Part shown: positions 54,801 to 64,000 of the stretch, one piece after another
Position numbering within the stretch: the stretch's first letter is position 1
How the letters are laid out: each line of letters starts with the position of its first letter
The notes under the pieces: model-generated
The model's database searches: none
What the model was told of the DNA's origin: nothing
The model's input: the letters and a program-made list of their open reading frames with translations, nothing else
Position numbers and translations under genes: made by a program
From: Eledone cirrhosa
Taxonomy: Eukaryota
Direction: 5' to 3'
Assembly: GCA_964016885.1 (NCBI GenBank)
Contig: OZ024741.1
Location: forward strand, 21,204,001 to 21,268,000
Length of the DNA stretch: 64,000 nt

Positions 54801-57200
54801 CATGGGAGCTAATCAGAATGTGAGAAGTTGAGATGGAAGGAACTTTGGTTGGTCATGGGAGCAAATCAGAATGTGAGAAGTTGAGATGGAAGGAACTTTT
54901 GTTGGTCATGGGAGCTAATCAGAATGTGAGAAGTTGAGATGGAAGGAACTTTGGTTGGTCATGGGAGCTAATCAGCATGTGAGAAGTTGAGATGGAAGGA
55001 ACTTTTGTTGGTCATGGGAGCTAATCAGAATGTGAGAAGATGAGATGGAAGGAACTTTGGTTGGTCATGGGAGCTAATCAGAATGTGAGAAGATGAGATG
55101 GGAGGAACTTTGGTTGGTCATGGGAGCTAATCAGAATGTGAGAAGATGAGATGGAAGGAACTTTGGTTGGTCATGGGAGCTAATCAGAATGTGAGAAGTT
55201 GAGATGGAAGGAACTTTTGTTGGTCATGGGAGCCAGTCAGAATGTGAGAAGTTGAGATGGAAGGAACTTTTGTTGGTCATGGGAGCTAATCAGAATGTGA
55301 GAAGTTGAGATGGAAGGAACTTTGGTTGGTCATGGGAGCTAATCAGAATGTGAGAAGTTGAGATGGAAGGAACTTTTGTTGGTCATGGGAGCTAATCAGA
55401 ATGTGAGAAGATGAGATGGAAGGAACTTTGGTTGGTCATGGGAGCTAATCAGAATGTGAGAAGATGAGATGGAAGGAACTTTGGTTGGTCATGGGAGCTA
55501 GTCAGAATGTGAGAAGATGAGATGGAAGGAACTTTGGTTGGTCATGGGAGCTAATCAGAATGTGAGAAGATGAGATGGAAGGAACTTTGGTTGGTCATGG
55601 GAGCTAGTCAGAATGTGAGAAGTTGAGATGGAAGGAACTTTGGTTGGTCATGGGAGCTAATCAGAATGTGAGAAGATGAGATGGAAGGAACTTTGGTTGG
55701 TCATGGGAGCCAGTCAGAATGTGAGAAGATGAGATGGAAGGAACTTTGGTTGGTCATGGGAGCTAGTCAGAATGTGAGAAGTTGAGATGGAAGGAACTTT
55801 GGTTGGTCATGGGAGCTAATCAGAATGTGAGAAGTTGAGATGGAAGGAACTTTGGTTGGTCATGAGAGCTAATCAGAATGTGAGAAGTTGAGATGGAAGG
55901 AACTTTTGTTGGTCATGGGAGCTAATCAGAATGTGAGAAGTTGAGATGGAAGGAACTTTGGTTGGTCATGGGAGCTAATCAGAATGTGAGAAGTTGAGAT
56001 GGAAGGAACTTTGGTTGGTCATGGGAGCTAATCAGAATGTGAGAAGATGAGATGTAAGGAACTTTTGTTGGTCATGGGAGCCAGTCAGAATGTGAGAAGT
56101 TGAGATGGAAGGAACTTTTGTTGGTCATGGGAGCTAATCAGAATGTGAGAAGTTGAGATGGAAGGAACTTTTGTTGGTCATGGGAGCCAGTCAGAATGTG
56201 AGAAGTTGAGATGGAAGGAACTTTTGTTGGTCATGGGAGCTAATCAGAATGTGAGAAGTTGAGATGGAAGGAACTTTTGTTGGTCATGGGAGCCAGTCAG
56301 AATGTGAGAAATTGAGATGGAAGGAACTTTTGTTGGTCATGGGAGCTAATCAGAATGTGAGAAGTTGAGATGGAAGGAACTTTGGTTGGTCATGGGAGCT
56401 AATCAGAATGTGAGAAGATGAGATGGAAGGAACTTTGGTTGGTCATGGGAGCCAGTCAGAATCTGAGAAGATGAGATGGAAGGAACTTTGATTGGTCATG
56501 GGAGCTAATCAGAATGTGAAAAGATGAGATGGAAGGAACTTTGGTTGGTCATGGGAGCCAGTCAGAATCTGAGAAGTTGAGATGGAAGGAACTTTGGTTG
56601 GTCATGGGAGCTAATCAGAATGTGAGAAGATGAGATGGAAGGAACTTTGGTTGGTCATGGGAGCTAATCAGAATGTGAGAAGATGAGATGGAAGGAACTT
56701 TGGTTGGTCATGGGAGCTAATCAGAATGTGAGAAGATGAGATGGAAGGAACTTTGGTTGGTCATGGGAGCTAATCAGAATGTGAGAAGATGAGATGGAAG
56801 GAACTTTGGTTGCTCATGGGAGCCAGTCAGAATCTGAGAAGTTGAGATGGAAGAAACTTTGGTTGGTCATGGAAGCTAATCAGAATGTGAGAAGATGAGA
56901 TGGAAGGAACTTTGGTTGGTCATGGGAGCTAATCAGAATGTGAGAAGATGAGATGGAAGGAACTTTGGTTGGTCATGGGAGCTAATCAGAATGTGAGAAG
57001 ATGAGATGGAAGGAACTTTGGTTGGTCATGGGAGCTAATCAGAATGTGAGAAGATGAGATGGAAGGAACTTTGGTTGGTCATGGGAGCTAGTCAGAATGT
57101 GGGAAGATGAGATGGAAGGAACTTTGGTTGGTCATGGGAGCTAGTCAGAATGTGAGAAGATGAGATGGAAGGAACTTTGGTTGGTCATGGGAGCTAATCA
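51880..57200. repeat. 50-to-53-monomer tandem duplication, with a partial third copy at ~62150-62850
   Basis: GGGGAACTAA at 51941/54591/62223 and ATGGATGTG at 52111/54761/62393 (offsets 2650, 7632 = 144x53). CATGAGAGC 53052/55861 and TTGCTCATG 54001/56810 pair at 2809 = 53x53. Confidence 0.88.
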
Positions 57201-60200
57201 GAATGTGAGAAGATGAGATGGAAGGAACTTTGGTTGGTCATGGGAGCTAGTCAGAATGTGAGAAGATGAGATGGAAGGAACTTTGGTTGGTCATGGGAGC
57301 TAGTCAGAATGTGAGAAGATGAGACGGAAGGAACTTTGGTTGGTCATGGGAGCCAGTCAGAACGTGAGAAGATGAGATGGAAGGAACTTTGGTTGGTCAT
57401 GGGAGCTAATCAGAATGTGAGAAGATGAGATGGAAGGAACTTTGGTTGGTCATGGGAGCTAATCAGAATGTGAGAAGTTGAGATGGAAGGAACTTTGGTT
57501 GGTCATGGGAGCTAATCAGAATGTGAGAAGATGAGATGGAAGGAACTTTGGTTGGTCATGGGAGCTCGTCAGAATGTGAGAAGATGAGATGGAAGGAACT
57601 TTGGTTGGTCATGGGAGCTAATCAGAATGTGAGAAGATGAGATGGAAGGAACTTTGGTTGGTCATGGGAGCTCGTCAGAATGTGAGAAGATGAGATGGAA
57701 GGAATTTTGGTTGGTCATGGGAGCCAGTCAGAATGTGAGAAGTTGAGATGGAAGGAACTTTTGTTGGTCATGGGAGCCAGTCAGAATGTGAGAAGTTGAG
57801 ATGGAAGGAACTTTTGTTGGTCATGGGAGCTAATCAGAATGTGAGAAGTTGAGATGGAAGGAACTTTGGTTGGTCATGGGAGCTAATCAGAATGTGAGAA
57901 GTTGAGATGGAAGGAACTTTGGTTGGTCATGGGAGCTAATCAGAATGTGAGAAGATGAGATGTAAGGAACTTTGGTTGGTCATGGGAGCTAATCAGAATG
58001 TGGGAAGATGAGATGGAAGGAACTTTGGTTGGTCATGGGAGCAAATCAGAATGTGAGAAGTTGGGATGGAAGGAACTTTTGTTGGTCATGGGAGCCAGTC
58101 AGAATGTGAGAAGATGAGATTGAAGGAACTTTGGTTGGTCATGGGAGCCAGTCAGAATGTGGGAAGATGAGATGGAAGGAACTTTGGTTGGTCATGGGAG
58201 CCAGTCAGGATGTGAGAAGTTGAGATGGAAGGAACTTTTGTTGGTCATGGGAGCTAATCAGAATGTGAGAAGTTGAGATGGAAGGAACTTTGGTTGGTCA
58301 TGGGAGCTAATCAGAATGTGAGAAGTTGAGATGGAAGGAACTTTTGTTGGTCATGGGAGCTAATCAGAATGTGAGAAGTTAAGATGGAAGGAACTTTGGT
58401 TGGTCATGGGAGCTAATCAGAATGTGAGAAGTTGAGATGGAAGGAACTTTTGTTGGTCATGGGAGCTAATCAGAATGTGAGAAGATGAGATGGAAGGAAC
58501 TTTGGTTGGTCATGGGAGCTAATCAGAATGTGAGAAGATGAGATGGAAGGAACTTTGGTTGGTCATGGGAGCTAATCAGAATGTGAGAAGATGAGATGGA
58601 AGGAACTTTGGTTGGTCATGGGAGCTAATCAGAATGTGAGAAGTTGAGATGGAAGGAACTTTTGTTGGTCATGGGAGCCAGTCAGAATGTGAGAAGTTGA
58701 GATGGAAGGAACTTTTGTTGGTCATGGGAGCTAATCAGAATGTGAGAAGTTGAGATGGAAGGAACTTTGGTTGGTCATGGGAGCTAATCAGAATGTGAGA
58801 AGTTGAGATGGAAGGAACTTTTGTTGGTCATGGGAGCTAATCAGAATGTGAGAAGATGAGATGGAAGGAACTTTGGTTGGTCATGGGAGCTAATCAGAAT
58901 GTGAGAAGATGAGATGGAAGGAACTTTGGTTGGTCATGGGAGCTAGTCAGAATGTGAGAAGATGAGATGGAAGGAACTTTGGTTGGTCATGGGAGCTAAT
59001 CAGAATGTGAGAAGATGAGATGTAAGGAACTTTTGTTGGTCATGGGAGCCAGTCAGAATGTGAGAAGTTGAGATGGAAGGAACTTTTGTTGGTCATGGGA
59101 GCTAATCAGAATGTGAGAAGTTGAGATGGAAGGAACTTTGGTTGGTCATGGGAGCTAATCAGAATGTGAGAAGTTGAGATGGAAGGAACTTTTGTTGGTC
59201 ATGGGAGCTAATCAGAATATGAGAAGTTGAGATGGAAGGAACTTTGGTTGGTCATGGGAGCTAATCAGAATGTGAGAAGTTGAGATGGAAGGAACTTTGG
59301 CTGGTCATGGGAGCTAATCAGAATGCGAGAAGATGAGATGTAAGGAACTTTTGTTGGTCATGGGAGCCAGTCAGAATGTGAGAAGTTGAGATGGAAGGAA
59401 CTTTTGTTGGTCATGGGAGCTAATCAGAATGTGAGAAGTTGAGATGGAAGGAACTTTTGTTGGTCATGGGAGCCAGTCAGAATGTGAGAAGTTGAGATGG
59501 AAGGAACTTTTGTTGGTCATGGGAGCTAATCAGAATGTGAGAATTTGAGATGGAAGGAACTTTTGTTGGTCATGGGAGCCAGTCAGAATGTGAGAAGTTG
59601 AGATGGAAGGAACTTTGGTTGGTCATGGGAGCTAATCAGAATGTCAGAAGTTGAGATGGAAGGAACTTTGGTTGGTCATGGGAGCTAATCAGAATGTGAG
59701 AAGATGAGATGGAAGGAACTTTGGTTGGTCATGGGAGCTAGTCAGAATGTGAGAAGATGAGATGGAAGGAACTTTGGTTGGTCATGGGAGCTAATCAGAA
59801 TGTGAGAAGATGAGATGGAAGGAACTTTGGTTGGTCATGGGAGCTAGTCAGAATGTGAGAAGTTGAGATGGAAGGAACTTTGGTTGGTCATGGGAGCTAA
59901 TCAGAATGTGAGAAGATGAGATGGAAGGAACTTTGGTTGGTCATGGGAGCTAGTCAGAATGTGAGAAGTTGAGATGGAAGGAACTTTGGTTGGTCATGGG
60001 AGCCAGTCAGAATGTGAGAAGATGAGATGGAAGGAACTTTGGTTGGTCATGGGAGCTAATCAGAATGTGAGAAGATGAGATGTAAGGAACTTTTGTTGGT
60101 CATGGGAGCCAGTCAGAATGTGAGAAGTTGAGATGGAAGGAACTTTTGTTGGTCATGGGAGCTAATCAGAATGTGAGAAGTTGAGATGGAAGGAACTTTT

Positions 60201-63200
60201 GTTGGTCATGGGAGCCAGTCAGAATGTGAGAAGTTGAGATGGAAGGAACTTTTGTTGGTCATGGGAGCTAATCAGAATGTGAGAAGTTGAGATGGAAGGA
60301 ACTTTGGTTGGTCATGGGAGCTAATCAGAATGTGAGAAGTTGAGATGGAAGGAACTTTGGTTGGTCATGGGAGCTAATCAGAATGTGAGAAGATGAGATG
60401 TAAGGAACTTTGGTTGGTCATGGGAGCTAATCAGAATGTGGGAAGATGAGATGGAAGGAACTTTGGTTGGTCATGGCTGCTAATCAGAATGTGAGAAGTT
60501 GAGATGGAAGGAACTTTTGTTGGTCATGGGAGCCAGTCAGAATGTGAGAAGATGAGATTGAAGGAACTTTGGTTGGTCATGGGAGCCAGTCAGAATGTGG
60601 GAAGATGAGATGGAAGGAACTTTGGTTGGTCATGGGAGCCAGTCAGGATGTGAGAAGTTGAGATGGAAGGAACTTTTGTTGGTCATGGGTGCTAATCAGA
60701 ATGTGAGAAGTTGAGATGGAAGGAACTTTGGTTGGTCATGGGAGCTAATCAGAATGTGAGAAGTTGAGATGGAAGGAACTTTTGTTGGTCATGGGAGCTA
60801 ATCAGAATGTGAGAAGATGAGATGGAAGGAACTTTGGTTGGTCATGGGAGCTAATCAGAATGTGAGAAGATGAGATGGAAGGAACTTTGGTTGGTCATGG
60901 GAGCTAGTCAGAATGTGAGAAGATGAGATGGAAGGAACTTTGGTTGGTCATGGGAGCTAATCAGAATGTGAGAAGATGAGATGGAAGGAACTTTGGTTGG
61001 TCATGGGAGCTAGTCAGAATGTGAGAAGTTGAGATGGAAGGAACTTTGGTTGGTCATGGGATCTAATCAGAATGTGAGAAGATGAGATGGAAGGAACTTT
61101 GGTTGGTCATGGGAGCCAGTCAGAATGTGAGAAGATGAGATGGAAGGAACTTTGGTTGGTCATGGGAGCTAGTCAGAATGTGAGAAGATGAGATGGAAGG
61201 AACTTTGGTTGGTCATGGGAGCTAGTCAGAATGTGAGAAGATGAGATGGAAGGAACTTTGGTTGGTCATGGGAGCTAATCAGAATGTGAGAAGATGAGAT
61301 GGAAGGAAATTTGGTTGGTCATGGGAGCTAGTCAGAATGTGAGAAGATGAGATGGAAGGAACTTTGGTTGGTCATGGGAGCTAGTCAGAATGTGAGAAGA
61401 TGAGATGGAAGGAACTTTGGTTGGTCATGGGAGCCAGTCACAATGTGAGAAGATGAGATGGAAGGAACTTTGGTTGGTCATGGGAGCTAATCAGAATGTG
61501 AGAAGATGAGATGGAAGGAACTTTGGTTGGTCATGGGAGCTAATCAGAATGTGAGAAGTTGAGATGGAAGGAACTTTGGTTGGTCATGGGAGCTAATCAG
61601 AATGTGAGAAGATGAGATGGAAGGAACTTTGGTTGGTCATGGGAGCTCGTCAGAATGTGAGAAGATGAGATGGAAGGAACTTTGGTTGGTCATGGGAGCT
61701 AATCAGAATGTGAGAAGATGAGATGGAAGGAACTTTGGTTGGTCATGGGAGCTCGTCAGAATGTGAGAAGATGAGATGGAAGGAATTTTGGTTGGTCATG
61801 GGAGCTAATCAGAATGTGAGAAGATGAGATGGAAGGAACTTTGGTTGGTCATGGGAGCTAGTCAGAATGTGAGAAGATGAGATGGAAGGAACTTTTGTTG
61901 GTCATGGGAGCCAGTCAGAATGTGAGAAGTTGAGATGGAAGGAACTTTTGTTGGTCATGGGAGCCAGTCAGAATGTGAGAAGTTGAGATGGAAGGAACTT
62001 TTGTTGGTCATGGGAGCTAATCAGAATGTGAGAAGTTGAGATGGAAGGAACTTTGGTTGGTCATGGGAGCTAATCAGAATGTGAGAAGTTGAGATGGAAG
62101 GAACTTTGGTTGGTCATGGGAGCTAATCAGAATGTGAGAAGATGAGATGTAAGGAACTTTGGTTGGTCATGGGAGCTAATTAGAATGTGGGAAGATGAGA
62201 TGGAAGGAACTTTGGTTGGTCAGGGGAACTAATCAGAATGTGAGAAGTTGAGATGGAAGGAACTTTTGTTGGTCATGGGAGCCAGTCAGAATGTGAGAAG
62301 ATGAGATTGAAGGAACTTTGGTTGGTCATGGGAGCCAGTCAGAATGTGGGAAGATGAGATGGAAGGAACTTTGGTTGGTCATGGGAGCCAGTATGGATGT
62401 GAGAAGTTGAGATGGAAGGAACTGTTGTTGGTCATGGGAGCTAATCAGAATGTGAGAAGTTGAGATGGAAGGAACTTTGGTTGGTCATGGGAGCAAATCA
62501 GAATGTGAGAAGTTGAGATGGAAGGAACTTTTGTTGGTCATGGGAGCTAATCAGAATGTGAGAAGTTGAGATGGAAGGAACTTTGGTTGGTCATGGGAGC
62601 TAATCAGCATGTGAAAAGTTGAGATGGAAGGAACTTTTGTTGGTCATGGGAGCTAATCAGAATGTGAGAAGATGAGATGGAAGGAACTTTGGTTGGTCAT
62701 GGGAGCTAATCAGAATGTGAGAAGATGAGATGGAAGGAACTTTGGTTGGTCATGGGAGCTAATCAGAATGTGAGAAGATGAGATGGAAGGAACTTTGGTT
62801 GGTCATGGGAGCTAATCAGAATGTGAGAAGTTGAGATGGAAGGAACTTTTGTTGGTCATGGGAGCCAGTCAGAATGTGAGAAGATGAGATGGAAAGAACT
62901 TTGGTTGGTCATGGGAGCCAGTCAGAATGTGAGAAGTTGAGATGGAAGGAACTTTGGTTGGTCATGGGAGCTAGTCAGAATGTGAGAAGTTGAGATGGAA
63001 GGAACTTTGGTTGGTCATGCGAGCTAGTCAGAATGTGAGAAGATGAGATGTAAGGAACTTTGGTTGGTCATGGGAGCCAGTCAGAATGTGAGAAGATGAG
63101 ATGGAAGGAACTTTGGTTGGTCATGGGAGCTAGTCAGAATGTGAGAAGATGAGATGGAAGGAACTTTGGATGGTCATGGGAGCTAATCAGAATGTGGGAA

Positions 63201-64000
63201 GATGAGATGGAAGGAACTTTGGTTGGTCATGGGAGCTAGTCAGAATGTGAGAAGATGAGATGGAAGGAACTTTGGTTGGTCATGGGAGCCAGTCAGAATG
63301 TGAGAAGTTGAGATGGAAGGAACTTTGGTTGGTCATGGGAGCTAGTCAGAATGTGAGAAGTTGAGATGGAAGGAACTTTGGTTGGTCATGCGAGCTAGTC
63401 AGAATGTGAGAAGATGAGATGGAAGGAACTTTGGATGGTCATGGGAGCTAATCAGAATGTGAGAAGATGAGATGGAAGGAACTTTGGTTGGTCATGGGAG
63501 CTAGTCAGAATGTGAGAAGATGAGATGTAAGGAACTTTGGTTGGTCATGGGAGCCAGTCAGAATGTGAGAAGATGAGATGGAAGGAACTTTTGTTGGTCA
63601 TGGGAGCTAATCAGAATCTGAGAAGATGAGATGGAAGGAACTTTGGTTGGTCATGGGAGCTAATCAGAATGTGAGAAGTTGAGATGGAAGGAACATTTGT
63701 TGGTCATGGGAGCTAATCAGAATGTGAGAAGTTGAGATGGAAGGAACTTTTGTTGGTCATGGGAGCCAGTCAGAATGTGAGAAGATGAGATGGAAGGAAC
63801 TTTGGTAGGTCATGGGAGCAAGTCAGAATGTGAGAAGATGAGATGGAAGGAACTTCGGTTGGTCATGGGAGCCAGTCAGAAGGTGAGAAGATGAGATGGA
63901 AGGAACTTTTGTTGGTCATGGGAGCCAGTCAGAATGTGAGAAGTTGAGATGGAAGGAACTTTGGTTGGTCATGGGAGCCAGTCAGAATGTGAAAAGTTGA

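Larger units (their letters stand above)
1..64000. repeat. 53-bp tandem satellite array, ~1207.7 monomers, one orientation, running off both window ends
   Basis: The unit GTTGGTCATGGGAGCCAGTCAGAATGTGAGAAGATGAGATGGAAGGAACTTTG (53 nt) recurs throughout, typically with 0-4 substitutions per copy. Unit starts at 796, 2174 and 4347 are 1+53n. The start at 63964 fits 1207 units minus eight 1-bp deletions. Confidence 0.99.

Noticed and set aside
1-64000. CRISPR array
   Set aside because: There are no unique spacers: the variable part differs by only 0-4 substitutions between units. No cas genes or leader are present.
1-64000. Immunoglobulin class-switch-like region (G-rich strand, GGGAGCT motif, ~50-bp unit)
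   Set aside because: AGCT occurs at most once per monomer and only in the CT-type alleles. The array is far longer than known switch regions, and no Ig exons are visible.
1-64000. Telomerase-type telomeric repeat or tandem small-RNA gene array (tRNA, 5S, SL, snoRNA)
   Set aside because: There is no short canonical telomere motif, and the heterogeneous monomers with block duplications indicate recombination. With only 5 C per unit the G-rich strand has little pairing potential, and I see no recognisable RNA gene motifs.
1-64000. Pure assembly artefact or collapsed repeat
   Set aside because: Paralogous blocks carry private SNPs and whole-monomer differences in a consistent nested genealogy, which argues for real sequence. 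Individual junctions still need read support.

Overview
The whole 64-kb window is one uninterrupted head-to-tail array of a 53-bp repeat (satellite/macro-VNTR), all in the same orientation. The consensus is GTTGGTCATGGGAGC[CAG/TAA]TCAGAATGTGAGAAG[A/T]TGAGATGGAAGGAACTTTG. Phase arithmetic gives 1207 complete monomers plus 37 bp: the last unit starts at 63964 = 1 + 1207x53 - 8, matching eight visible 1-bp deletions. I found no genes, RNA genes, transposon insertions, inversions or unique sequence, and the six listed ORFs are chance by-products of repeat variants. The information is in the variant pattern. It shows nested higher-order duplications (offsets of 7, 8, 12, 15, 32/33, 41, 50/53, 59-61, 66, 85, 106, 144 and 148 monomers) and a layered layout: a variant-rich left domain, a homogeneous CCAGT-rich core (~5.9-44.2 kb) and a CTAAT-rich right domain that shares rare variants with the left one. 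The monomer is strongly strand-asymmetric (G20 A16 T12 C5), has no CpG or TpA, and carries a CSL/Su(H)-type TGTGAGAA motif and a GG-NN-GG..GG-NN-GG cluster. Any function for these motifs is speculative. I do not recognise the repeat family or the organism; a eukaryotic satellite is the most likely reading. All variant tracking was done by eye, so block boundaries are approximate.
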